Origin: Cyanophora paradoxa CCMP329 | Taxonomy: Eukaryota; Plantae; Glaucophyta | Reading direction: 5' to 3' | NCBI GenBank assembly: GCA_004431415.1 | Contig: QPMI01000318.1 | Location: forward strand, 21,503 to 85,502 | DNA length: 64,000 nucleotides | Part shown: piece after piece, positions 1 through 11,868 of the stretch | Numbering within the stretch: the first letter of the stretch is position 1 | Layout of the letters: each line of letters starts with the position of its first letter | The notes under the pieces: generated by a model | The model's input: only the letters and a program-made list of their open reading frames with translations | Database searches by the model: none | What the model was told of the DNA's origin: nothing | Made by a program: the position numbers and the translations under genes

Positions 1-515
1 GCCGGCGTCGAACCGGGCCGGCCAGGGCGCGCTGGAGCAGGCGGCCCCGCCCCAGGAGCACGTCCACGGCTACCCCGTCTACAACTGGGACCCCGTCGCG
101 CAGCCCGCCAAGCGGCCCTCGCCCCAGGCCCCCCGCCCGCCCAGCAGCAGCAGCGGAAGGGGCAGCCGGCGGGGGGCCCGGCGGGGGGCTTCCGGGAGCA
201 GTACGCGCGGGAGCAGGCGCGGGCGCGGGCGCACGGGGACGACTGCCTCGCCCACGACGAGCCGCCCTACGCCGGCCTCGCCGCCGACCCCGCCAAGGCC
301 CGCCCCGCCCCGCCCCCGGCCCCGCCCCCCGGCGCCTCACCGCAGGGCGCGCGCAGATGCCGCCGTCGGCGCCGCCGCCGGGGGCTCCGCGGTACGAGGG
401 GCGGCGGCCGCAGGACTCGGTGGTCTACCAGGTGTGGCGCAACGAGGAGAAGGCCCCCTCCGCCGGCAGCTCCCCCCAGCAGCCCGCCAAAGAGAAGAAG
501 AAGAAGCGCTGGTGA
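1..515 (+). CDS. 3' end of a spliced gene of unknown function (runs in from the window edge)
   Basis: Exon-like codon usage (ALEQAAPPQEHVHGYPVYNWDPVAQPAK...; last exon DSVVYQVWRNEEKAPSAGSSPQQPAKEKKKKRW, TGA at 513-515) separated by C/G-rich introns. Confidence 0.55.
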   Translation, partial: RRRTGPARARWSRRPRPRSTSTATPSTTGTPSRSPPSGPRPRPPARPAAAAEGAAGGGPGGGLPGAVRAGAGAGAGARGRLPRPRRAALRRPRRRPRQGPPRPAPGPAPRRLTAGRAQMPPSAPPPGAPRYEGRRPQDSVVYQVWRNEEKAPSAGSSPQQPAKEKKKKRW

Positions 516-699
516 CCCCGCGCGCCCCCAGAGCTCCCCTTCACAGCGCCCATTCATTCAGCGGCTCTCGCAACTGCCCGGCGACCGAGGCGTACCACGG
601 AGGTGGGCCCACATGCACGGGGCCCCTGCGCGAAGGTCGCCGGCTCCTGGACTCGAGACGCAGAGTCGCCGAGTCGGACCTTCACTGACCTTAGTGGGA

Positions 700-1900
700 A
701 ATAATCCCGGAGTCCGGTGATCATGATCCGGAGTCACTTCACTTAGTGAGCCAATTCCGAATTCGAACCTTTGAACTTTGGGACTTCGGAACGTCCCAAG
801 TTGGCAACGTTTAACGTTGACTAGCACTTGCCATTCATGCACTGCCGCAGTGCGGCAATGATTTGCAATGCCCGCGGCCGTGATGAACTTCGAAACTCGG
901 CTTAAAATCATGCCATGATGATCAGTGACTTATTAATACGTATACTTCAAGGCTTCAACTCATGATCATGATCAGTGACCGTCGGACTTGCAAGTCCATG
1001 GCCAGTGGCATGACTTGCCGCAGTGCCACTGGGCCAGTTGGCAGGTTGCTCAGCGCTCAGCGGCTGCCAGGCTGCCAGGCCGGGCTGTAGATCTAGATGT
1101 AGTAAACGGACCGTCGGGCCTGCAGCTCAGCCGCTAGCGCTGAGCGGCTGGGGGCCGGGCCCCGGGCCCTTCAGGCTTGGCTCAGTGAGATTTGCCATGG
1201 GCACCGTGGCACAGCTGCCGCAGTGCACTGCCGCAGTGCGGCAGCCTGCTATCCGATGATCCGATGATCAAATCAAACTTGAAATTGAATATTTATTGTG
1301 ACGTACACTGCGCATGCTGCCAGGCTGGTACTATCATATTATAGTATCATGATCATCAGCATGATATCTGATCGATTTCATGATCATGACTCATGATCAT
1401 GATCATGACTCATGATCATGATATCGATCATATAATGCATATGCATGATCAGTCCGACGCGTACGTCGACGGTCCCGGGTCGAGGACTTCGGATCAAATG
1501 CTTGCCGCATGCGCAGTGCCAATTAATAGTGCAACTTGCAACACGCGCGCGCGCGCTATCCGATGATCGCTCGCCGGCGCGCGCGCGACGTCGACGTCGA
1601 CGTCGAATCGGCGACTCGGCGAGCCGGCGTGGGGGCCGGTGCCACGGTGGGGGCCGGACATTCCCCCATGGGGCGGCGCTCGCGACCGCGCGCGCGCGCT
1701 CGCGCTCCGAGCTCGAGGCTCGCGCTGGCGCGCATGCATCATGATCCGCGATAAGCGTCGCCGCGCGGCTCATCAGAGTCATGTCTCACGGCGCACATGT
1801 ACAGCTAGCTGCAGGCTGGCTTGGCCGTTGCAATTGGCGGGATGCATGCCGGCGGAGCGTTCGCTCTTGAAACCCGGTATCCCGGTAGCTCCCACGAAAG
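700..1900. repeat. Palindrome-rich, lower-GC intergenic tract with (TCATGA)n, (GTCGAC)n and (GC)n
   Basis: 1345-1450 is a run of TCATGA/TGATCA units; GACGTCGACGTCGACGTCGA at ~1587-1606; GCACTGCCGCAGTGC hairpins at ~839 and ~1224. Confidence 0.85.
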
Positions 1901-2059
1901 CGTGGCCGGTTCGCACATTTCAACGCGGGACGGAGCGTAACCAGCTACTCCACCTGCTGTGCTATCCCGGCCCAGTCCGACGCCGGGCCTCAATCGGGCG
2001 CCCAGCGTCATTGAGTAAGGCGGACCCGGCCGTGGGGGTCAGTAAAGGCTGCAGCAGCA

Positions 2060-2773
2060 ATGGAAGAAGCATCGCATTCGACCGCGGATGCCGTCAAAGA
2101 TCTGCACAAACGAGTCCGGCGTCTTTCGATTGACACAAAGGAACGCCCCCGGCGCAAATCGCTGGACGACGCAAGTCCGACGACACACGACGTGGTGCTA
2201 CGCGACGAGGTGCGCGCCTACAACTCCGGCGCGCGCGGCCCCCCCCCCACCCGGCGTCGCGCGGACGCGCGCCCGACGCTGCACGTTCGGCCCGCTCCCG
2301 GTTCCGCAGGTCGTCGAAATGCTGAGCAAGCGTGAAGCGAACTCGAAACCGTACGGTGCACTCGTTCTCGCCTCGGCACCGGCGTGCCTCCGTGCTTCGC
2401 AAGAAGCCGCCGAGTCCGGCTGGCGCTTAGATCTAGGCGATCGTCGCGGGTCGGATGGGGGCGTAGATACGCTTATGCATTCATCGACGGGGGAAGCACG
2501 GCAGACACGATGAGCGTGCGGGAGGCGCGGGCGGCGCACATCGCGGGGCTCAGACGGGCGCCGGAAGACGAGGACTTCGATGTGCGCGTGACTGACCGCA
2601 CCATCCGCTGCGGGAAGAAGGAGGACCAGGGCGCGCCCCGCCCTGCCCCGCCCTGCCCTCCGCGGCGGCGGCCGACGAAGCGGGGCGGGGGCAGTCGAGC
2701 TCACCATCCGCGTGTACTCGCCACACCACATGCACGAGGCGGGGGAGGAGCTGCTGCCGGGGATTGTCTGGTT

Positions 2774-2804
<31 letters not shown>

Positions 2805-4209
2805 CCCTCCCCCCCAGTCGGGGCCAACGCCGTCCCCGCTCCTCTGATCCAGTCGGACCCCAGGGCCCATGGCGGTGGCTTTGTTTTGGGCAACCTCGAC
2901 TCTTGCGATGCCAGGTACCGCGCGCGTGCTCGTTGCATGCCTTTTCTAACTTCCTTCCATTCCAGTCTGCGCCTCCTCTGCAACTCCGCCCGCTGCGTCG
3001 TCGTCTCGTGCGCCCGCGCCCCGCCCCCCGCCAGCGCCCGACCCCTCGCTCACGCCCGTCGCCGGGGCAGCGTGGGTGCGGGGGCGGGGCGGGCGGGGCG
3101 GGGCGGGGCGGGCGGGGCGGGCGGGGGGCTCAGGGGGGGCGGGCGGTGCGCAGACTACCGGCTGGCGCCGGAGCACGCGTTCCCCGTGCCGGCGATGGAC
3201 GTCTACTACGCCACCAAGTGGGTCGCCACCAACGCCTCCGCCCTCGGCATCGACGGTCGCCCCCCGCGCCCCGACCCCGCCCCCGCCCCCGCCCCCTCCC
3301 TTCAGCTCACCTTCCCGCCTCTCGTCTGCCGCAGCGAGCCGCCTCGCCATCGGCGGAGGTGCCCCGCCCCGCCCTCCCCGCCCCCGCCGCCCCCGCACGC
3401 CCTGACATGTCGTGGGGACGGCAGACAGCGCGGGAGGTGCGGGCAGCGGGAGCGCGCGTGGGGGCGGGGGCGTGGGCGGGGTTGACGGCGGGGGGCAGGG
3501 AACCTGGCGACGATCGCGGCGATCCTGGCGAAGAAGAGCCGCAGCGTCCGCCTCGCCTTCCAGGTCCTCGTCTACCCCGTCACCAGTGCCTCCCCGGCCC
3601 CCCTCGCGCGCGCGCGCTGCCGGGGGGGCAGAGGGGCGCTGAGGGCGGGGGCAGACTTCGACCTGTCGACGGCCTCGTACCGGCGCTTCGCGAAGGGCTA
3701 TGGCCTCACCGCTGCCGAGATGCTCTGGTTCTGGTCCGCGCCCCGCCCCGCGCCGCCCCCCTGCCCCCGCCTCGCGCCGCCTCCCCGCCTTGCGCCGAGG
3801 GCCGCCGCAGGAGCAAGTACCTGCCGACGGAGGCGGACGGGAGCGACTGGCGGGCCTCCCCCTTGCGCGCCCCGCTCGTCCGCCCCGCCCGCCCCGCCCC
3901 GTCCCGCCGCGGGTGCCCGGGGCGGGGGGCTCAGCAGGGCGGGGCGGGGCGCAGGATGCGCTGCAGCAGCTGCCGCCGACGCTGGTGGTGACGGCGGAGG
4001 CGGACGTGCTGCGGGACGAGGGGGCGGCCTACGCGGCGCGCCTCGCGGCGGCCGGCGTGCGGGTCGAGTTCAGCGAGTACGCCGGCCTCATCCACGGCTT
4101 CTTCCGCCACAGCGACTGCCTGGCGAGCGCGCGCGAGGTCGTCCTCGAGATCGCCGTCGAGCTCTGCGCCGCCTTCTACCGCCCCGACGACCCCGACCCC
4201 GCCCGCTAG
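2060..4209 (+). CDS. Hormone-sensitive-lipase family alpha/beta hydrolase (esterase/lipase), multi-exon
   Basis: Spliced motifs [31 protein letters not shown] (nucleophile Ser), DVLRDEG and IHGFF; stop at 4209. The 5' exon structure is less certain. Confidence 0.92.
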
Positions 4210-4288
4210 CCCCGCCCCGCCCCCACCCCCTCTGCCGCCTCTGCACGCGCGTTTTTTGTGAACAGAGAGCGGGAGAGGGTGGGTGCGG

Positions 4289-7200
4289 CTAGTTGGGGCC
4301 CCTGGCGGCGCGCTTCTGCTCGAGGGTGCGGGCGAGGAAGGGGACGTCGGCGCGCGGGGCGCCCCCGGGGGCGATCTCGAGCTCGAGGGCCGCGGCGTCC
4401 ACGAGGCAGACCTCCTCGCGCCCCTGCGCGCAGTAGTAGACGAGCGCCTCCACGCGGGCCCGGCCGCGCCCCTCGAAGGCGAGCTCCAGCGGCCGCCCGA
4501 CGGCGAGGGCGCCCTCCTGCGCGCCCCGCGCGAGCCGCACGTCGCCCTCGAGCCGCAGCACCTGGTAGCGGCTCGTCGCGCCCTTCGTGGGGGCGTAGCC
4601 CTCGGGGAGGGCGGCGGTGAGGGCGAGGCGCCCGCCGCTGGCGAGGGCCGCCGCCTCCAGCGAGACCGCCCGCCGCGTCGCCAGCGGCGTCGCCTCCTGC
4701 CGGCCCCGGCCCCCCGTCGGCCCCGCCCCAACGCCCCGCGCGGGCGGCGCACCTCGGCGGCGGGCAGGGCGCCGGCGCGGGTGGCGGCGGCGGCGGCGGA
4801 GCGGGCGGCCGCGGCGGCGCGCGTCTCCGGCACGGAGCCGAGGTCGAGGGTGGTCACCTGCGGGGCGCGGGGCGCTCGCGGGGGCGGGGCGGGGCGCGGC
4901 GGGGGGCGGGCCTGGAGGGTGGCGAGGTCGATGGAGCGGATGGCGCCGTTGTTCGTGTCGGCGACGAGCAGGGCGCCGCCGCCCGGGGCCAGCGCCAGGC
5001 CCGCCGGCTCGCTGAACATCGCCTCGCCCGCCGCCCCGTCCCTGAACCCCGCCTTCCCCGTCCTGCGCGCCCCCTCAGGCCCGCGGCGGGCGGGGCGGGG
5101 CGGGGCGGGGCGGACCCGGCGAGGGTGCGGATGGAGGCGGAGGCGACGTCGACGCGCTTGATCCTGCCCGCCCCGCCCCGCCTCGGCTGCGGCGCGGCGC
5201 GGCGCGGGGCGCGGGGCGGACTTGTGGTTGTACGAGTCGGCGACGTAGAGGAGGCCGGTCTCGGGGCAGCAGACGCCGAGCGGGTGCTGCAGGCGCGCCC
5301 CCGACCCCGACCCGTCCACGTCCCCGAACCTGGCCCCGCCCCCTCAGCCGGGCGCGCGGCGCGGGGCGCTGGGGCGGGGCGGGGGCGGACGCGAAGAGGT
5401 TGGCGGCGAGGAGCGGGTCGCCCCCGACGAGCGTCCGCGTCGCCCGCCCCGCCTCGTCCACCACCCGCACCGAGCTGCTCTCCGAGTCCTGCCCCCGCCC
5501 CGCCCCGTCGCGCCGGCACGCTCGCGGGGTGGTCTGGGGCGGGGCGGTGGTGGCGGACGGCGATGTAGAGGACGCCGGTGGCGGGGTCGAAGGCGAGGCC
5601 CGACGGCTGCGCGAAGGCCGCCTCCGCGAGGTCCCGCCCGCTCACGTTCGCGTTCAGCTCCCGCCCGCTCCCCGCCACCCGCCGCGTCTCCCCCGAGGCG
5701 AGCTCGTGGGCCCAGATCTGGTGCGTCCCCGCCATCGCCACGTAGACCGCCCCGCCCCGCACCGCCACGTCCCACGGCGAGCTCAGCTCCTGCGCCGCCC
5801 CCTTCCGGCCGCCCTTGTAGTCCCGCCCCTGCCGCGCGCCCGCCGGCCTCGGGCGCAGGCGGGGGCGGGGGCGGGGGCGGGGCGGGCGGGGGCGGGGCGG
5901 GCCTGGGTGCCGGTGCCGGCGAGGGTGCGGACGCGGCCGGCGGCGAGGTCGACCTCGCGCAGCGCGTGCGCCTCCGTGTCCTGCGCACCCGCCCCTCACC
6001 CCAGTGCGCCCCGCGCCGGGGGGGGGGCCACCCGGCCGCACCGCCACGTAGAGGCAGTCGCGCGCCGCGTCGCTGCGGCGGGGCCCGTCGCGCGCGGCGG
6101 GAGGGGCGGGGCGCGCGCGGGCGCACTAGGCGAGGCCCTGGGGCCGATAGAAGCGCGCCGAAGCGAAGTCGCCATCCTGCAGGCCCGCCTCCCCGCTCCC
6201 CACCTGCCGACCCGCCCCTCGCACGGCGGCCGGGGCGGGAGCGGGCGCGGGGGGTGCGGGCCTGGTCGATGAAGCGGCCGGCGGCGTCGGTGATGACGAT
6301 GCGGTTGTTGTTCGAGTCGCTCACGAAGAGCCGCCCTGCGCCCCCGCCCGCCCCGATGTCGGCAGGGATCGGAGCCCCGGCGCAGCCGCCGCGGCAGCGC
6401 CGCCGCGCGCACCGCCGGCCGAGTCGACGGCGAGCTTGCCCGGGTAGCGGAGGGTGGAGGGGGCGGGGCGCGCGTCGCCCTTGTCCCGCTCGAGGGCGAT
6501 CGGGAGGGGCGCGGCGTTGAGGTCCTGTGCGCGCCGCGGGTGAGGGGCGCGGGGCGGGGGCGGGGCGGGGGCGCGGGGCGCGCGGCGGCGTAGAACTGGA
6601 GCGCGGCGGCGATGAACGCGTCGAGGTTATCCTGCGCCCGCCTCGGCGCCGGCGCGGCGGGGGGGCGGGGCGGGCGCACGCGCTGCTTCTCGCCGGAGAG
6701 GCGGGCGATGACGCGGCCGGAGCGGGGCGAGACGAGGGCGAAGGTCGGCCACGAGTCGACCTGGGGGCGGCGCGGGGCAGGTCGGGGGCGGGGCGGGGCC
6801 GGGCCGGGGGGCGGGTGGGCGGGTGGGCGGACGCCGAGGCGGGACCAGAGGCGCATGGCGGGGTCGTTGACGACCGGGTGCTCGATCTGCGCGCCCCCGC
6901 CCGCCCCCTTCCTCGCTCGCTCGCGGGGCGGGGCCAGGGAGGGCGCGGGGGGCGGGCGGGCCTCGTAGCGGAGGACGGCCTCGCGGATGTTGGCCGAGTC
7001 CTGCTCGTTGTCGAACTTGGCCGAGTGCACGCCCACCACCGCCAGCTGCGCCCCGCCCCGCTCTCCCGCCCCGCCCCCCCGCCCCGCGAGGCCCCGCGCA
7101 CCGCCTCGTGCCGGTACTTCTCCTCCAGGTAGGCCTGCACGGGGCCCTCGGCCCGGCCCCGGCGGGCAGGGCCCCAGGGCGCCCCGCGGCGCACCAGGTC

Positions 7201-8113
7201 CGGCAGCACGTGCTGCGCGGCGCCGGGTCAGCGGGGCGGAGGGGTACGGGGTGGGGTGTGGGGCGGGGAGTATACGAGATACCATACAGTTGATACAACA
7301 GTAGGTCCTTTTTTTTGCGGGGGGCCGGAGGGCGTCAGCGGGCCGGATGGGTGCGGGGCAGGGTCTGGGGCGGGCGGGCCAGAAGTCGAAGAGGACGAGC
7401 TTGCCCTTGAGCTCGCGCTTGGTGCTCAGCGGGCGCGACACGTTGAGCCACTCGAGGCCCTCGGGGAAGTCCCCCACATACAGGCCCGTCGGCGCCCGCT
7501 CGATCTCCTCCCTGCCGCCCCGCACGCGTCAGCCGCCCCGCCCCGCCCCGCCCTCCCGCCCCGCCGCCCCGCCGCCCCGCCGCCGCGCACAAAAACTCCA
7601 TGATTTCGCGCAGGTCGTTGTCCGAGCTACGCACCGCCGAGATGCGTTAGCGGGCCGCTTGCACAGAGGGCGTGCACGCGCGGGGGCGTATGCGCACTAG
7701 GTGGCGGCGTTGGCAGGGAGAACAGCGTTCATGAGGGCGCGCGGCGAGACCTGCGGGGGGTCAGGGCCTCGGCCCAGCAGCGCGGCCGGCAGCAGGGGGC
7801 GCACATAGCGGAGCATTTTGGTGCGATCGATCACCCACGCCATGGAGGCCGTGCCGGCCGCGACGGAAGTCCAGCGGAGGATCTCGCGGCGCGAGACCGG
7901 GCGCCTGCTTGAGCCCGACGCCGGCGAGCCCGGCGCATCAACAGGCTGATTGCCGGCATCCTCCTTCTCCGCCCGCGCGGCCGTGCGGGACGCCCTGTCG
8001 CTGCGCTGCGGCCTCGCGTGCGGTTCGGCCGGCGCGCGTACGGCTTGGCCCAGGAACGCGCGACGACCGGCGACGCCCACCGGCAGTGACGAAACAAACG
8101 CCAGCTGCTCCAT
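4289..8113 (-). CDS. SOQ1/NHLRC2-like protein: transit peptide, RR-containing membrane segment, thioredoxin-like domain, NHL beta-propeller, C-terminal domain; no HAD domain
   Basis: MEQLAFVSS N-terminus; SRREILRW + hydrophobic helix + SPRALMN; FWTYCCINCMHVLPDL; VVGVHSAKFDNEQD; NHL repeats (LRYPGK, SSPWDV, MAGTHQIW, FAQPSG, LQHPLGV, FSEPAG); YYC near the C-terminus. Confidence 0.9.
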
Positions 8114-8401
8114 CTGTGCGGTCGCACGTGCAGGTTGAGCCCACTTCCAGTTTGCGTACCCGGCAAACTTTCGATTTCGGGCATCGTAATCGTAATCGCA
8201 ACTGCCAGGGCCGGCCCCGGGCCCGCGCGCGCATAAGCATTCAGATTCAAGTATAGCTGGCGCGCTCAGTCTCTTCCCGAACTCACAGCCAAGCACTGTG
8301 CGTGTCGCTCGCCGCCGCCCTCCGAGCGCCACTCGCATGCGCTCATGTCAAATGTTTCGCAGCGCGCACCTCGCAACCGCGCGGCGGCGGGGCTGTGAGG
8401 G

Positions 8402-9926
8402 ATGGCGGCACGAGGCTTTGCTCAGAGGATTCGATTGTGTTTCTTCGCGACGCTGGCCGTGCAGCTGGTCTTCGTGGTAACAACAGGCTTCACGTACCGC
8501 GATGCAACAATTGAATCCGCGTTCAATGAGCTCACCGTGCTGGCGGACTCGGATTACGCGAAGAACGCGGCGAGCTTCGCGGCCACGCTTCCGGAGATCG
8601 ACAGCACCCTGGACTCTGTCGGGCTGCCTACGGACCGGGGCCGGCCGCTAGAGGAGCGGCGCTTCCTGACGGACAAGCGAAAGGAGCAGATCGCGGAGAG
8701 CGGGCGCTTCCAGATCGACGACCAGGCGCAGGGGGCGCCGGAGACGGACATCGCGCGGCTGCGGGCCTACGCGCGGCTCGTCGCCTCGTACGGCTCTGAC
8801 AAGGCGGAGCTCAACGCTCTCGAGCGCCTCCTCGCCCGCATCGGGCCCAGCGTCCGCTGCGAGCAGGCGCGCCCCGCCGCCCCGCCCCGCCGCCCCGCCG
8901 CGGCGAGCCGCCGCCGCAGTGGTGGCGGGTGTTCGGCCTGGAGCGGGGCCCCACGTCCCCCGACCTCAAGTTCATCGACACGTTCAACCGGTCCGCCCCG
9001 CGCCCCGCCGCCGGCCCCCGCCTCGCGCGCGCGGGGGGCAACGGGCGGGGGCGGCAGGCACGGGGAGGCGGTGCGGCTGTTCGAGAAGTGCATGCTGCCG
9101 TCGGTGTGCGCGGAGGGGGCGCACAGCGTGTCGCAGTACGGGCAGGAGCTGGTCGTGCTGCGCCGCCACGGCAAGCACCGCCCCGGCTTCTTCGTCGAGA
9201 TCGGCTCCGGCGACGGCGTCCGCCCCGCCCCGCCCCGCCCCCGCCCCGCCCCGCCCCGCCCCGCCCCCGGTGGCGTCGGACGCGCTGAGGCGGCGCAGGT
9301 GACGCACAGCACGACGTACCTGCTGGAGAAGTGCTGGGGCTGGGAGGGCATCTGCATCGAGGCGAGCCCGGCGCACGCGGGGGCCCTCGCGCGGATGCGG
9401 CGCTCGTGCCGGCCGCTGGCGCTGGCGGTGGCGGGGCGGGAGGAGGCGGGGGCGGCCTTCCGGCTCGCGGGGGAGCTCTCGGGGCTCGTCGCCCACTACG
9501 ACCGCCGCACCCTCGACCGCGTCGTCCGCCCCGCCCGCCCCGCACCCGCCCCGCCCCTCCGCATGACGCGGCGCCGCAGGAGCGGGACTTCCCCGAGGGG
9601 GCGACGGTGGAGGTGCAGGCGGCGTCGCTGCCGGCGGCGCTCGCCCTGGCCGGCGTGGGCGCGGGGAGGCGGATCGACTACCTGGCGATCGACGCGAGCG
9701 GGGCGGAGCTGGCGGTGCTGGAGGGGGCGGGCCTGCAGGGCCTCGACGTCGGCCTCGTGACGGCCGCCAACCTCTACCTCGAGAGCCACCTCTGCGACTT
9801 CATGAAGCCCCGCGGGCCCGCCCCCGCCCCCGCCCCGCCCCCCGCCGGGCCGGCGGCCGAGGCGGGGCGCGCAGGTTCGTGTGCGACCAGGTGGCGGGGG
9901 ACGACCTCTTCTACCGCCCCAAATAG
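8402..9926 (+). CDS. Membrane-anchored FkbM-family (Methyltransf_21) SAM-dependent methyltransferase
   Basis: N-terminal hydrophobic helix; SQYGQE, FFVEIGSGDG, TYLLEKCWGWEGICIEA, IDYLAIDASGAE; TAG at 9924-9926. Confidence 0.8.
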
Positions 9927-10209
9927 CCCCCGGCCGCGGGGACGGCGCCCCCGCCCCCCCCGCCTTCTCCCTGCTCTCGGCCCCCCCTCTGCTCCTCTCC
10001 GACGCGGCCCTTCCCGCCGCATGTCCCGCCCCGGGGCCTCCGAGGGCCCCCCACGAGCCTCGCCACGCGCATCCTCTTGCGCAGCGCCCCTCCCCGCCAC
10101 CTCCCGCCCTCCGCAGGCCCCGCCAGCTCTTCGAAGAGTTCGAACCAGCACAAGACCTCTGAAAGCAAATACCACAACACGGGGCGCCCCAGGCGCGCTA
10201 CGGGGCGCC

Positions 10210-11669
10210 TCAGGGGGCCCGAGGCTCGTCGGGCCCCTGGGCGGCGAGGGAGATGGAGGATGTGGGGCGCTGGGGGGCGTCCGGAGGGGGGCCCTCCCCC
10301 GGCGCAGTGACGGCCAGGCCGAGGGAGGCGACCGAGGCCGGCGGGAGGGCTTCCCGGGGAGGGGCGCCCCCGGGGAGGGATTTGCGCTGCTGCTCCTCCG
10401 ACCTGCACGCCGGTCAGCGGCGGGCAGGGAAGGGGTGGGGATGGGGGGCGGCGGCGCACTCGAGGCGCTGGGCGATCTGGCGGGCGCGCTTCTTGATCTG
10501 GTCGACCTGGTCCTGGGAGTAGTCGGAGGGGATCTGGTCGTAGAGCTCCATGAAGAGGACGTCGTCGCCGCGCTTGATCGCCGCCGCCAGCCGCTTCGCC
10601 AGCGACTCGTCCTGCTTCGAGAGGATCACCTCGCCGCCCTCCCCCGCCCCCTCCAGGTGCGCGTTGAAGAGCTCCGAGAGCGACTCCCCCTCGCCGGCGC
10701 TCGCGACCACCCGGTGGGCCACCGCGCGCCGCTCCAGGTCCCACAGCGCCGTCTTTGCCGCGTCGATGAAGCCCATGCCGCCCCGCGCTCCGGAGCCGCG
10801 CCGCGCCGTCGCCTCCCCCGCCCCGCCCCCCGACGCCACCCCCAGCAGCAGCGGCAGGCCCTCCAGCTGCGCCCCCGAAAGCGTCGGCCGGCGGGGCGGG
10901 GCGGGGAGGGCGGGGCGGGGCACGGGCGCACGGAGATGGGGGGCGGGCGGAGGAGGGAGGGGAGGCCGAAGTGCCCGAGGGAGGAGGTGGTGCGCAGCGC
11001 GTGCAGGCGGCTCTCCAGCTCCCGCCGCTGCACCGCCCCGCCCCGGGCCCCCGCCTGGGCCCCCATCTCTGCCAGCAGGTTCCGCCGCCGCAGCGGCGGG
11101 ATCGACTCCTTTTTGCACTTTTCCCGCTTCGCCGGCGTCATGCGCGTGAACGGGTGCCGCCTGCGCCCCGTCGCGCGTCCCGTGAGGCGAGCCAGACGGG
11201 GCTCGGTGGTGGGGGCCGACCCGACGGGCAGGACGACCGCTTGCAGCGTCGCCGGTGCCGTCCTCACGCGCTGGAGCGCCCTCTCGAAGGGGTTTGCTGT
11301 TTGCTCGCCCCGGCCCCCGCCGGGGCCCACCGCTGGCATCAGCGGCGGAGGCCGGGGCGGGGGGGGTGCTTGCGGCTCCTCCGGCACGCTGCGGGCAGCC
11401 GAAGCACCGCCTCTAGCTAAATCTAAACCTGCTTGGGCGTCTTTTGCTGCGGCAAGCTTTGCATCCTTCTCGGCTATCAGCCGCTTGCGGTAAGACTGGA
11501 ACCAGTCGGCGACAACTTGGTCAGAGCGATGCATCTGCCAGGCCGGAGCACGCGGCTGGCTCTGGTAATGATGTACAGGCCTGGGGCCGTGGACTGACGC
11601 CTGGAGCCCCTCATCGTCGTCCTCGCTGCCCCCTGTGGACGGAAACAGCGAGTCGAAGAAGCGGGGCAT
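10210..11669 (-). CDS. Hypothetical protein, spliced
   Basis: Long first exon from MPRFFDSLF, typical introns, helical C-terminal part (LAKRLAAAIKRGDDVLFMELYDQIP...), spliced stop at 10210. No family recognised. Confidence 0.6.
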
Positions 11670-11868
11670 GGGGCCGGCGGGGCCGGCCAGGCGCCGGCCG
11701 AGCGTAGCGCAACTCCTGCAGGCTGCTGTGTGGCCGTGCGGGCCGCCAGAGAGCGGCTAGGAGAGCAGCGCGGTTACTGGGTACGAGGCAGGAGTTACTG
11801 GCAGTTACTGGGTGCGGTGTTTTTTTGTTCACGCGGCCTCTTTCGGCGCGTTCGTTCAGTCCGCAAAC

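Noticed and set aside
2774-2801. 28-nt poly-C run
   Set aside because: An intronic extreme of the C-rich phase; its length is unreliable and there is no evidence of a separate function.
3008-3153. C/G-rich introns as Introner-like mobile elements
   Set aside because: Similarity between introns is low-complexity (CCCCG/GGGGC) only; no shared unique core, terminal inverted repeats or target-site duplications are visible.
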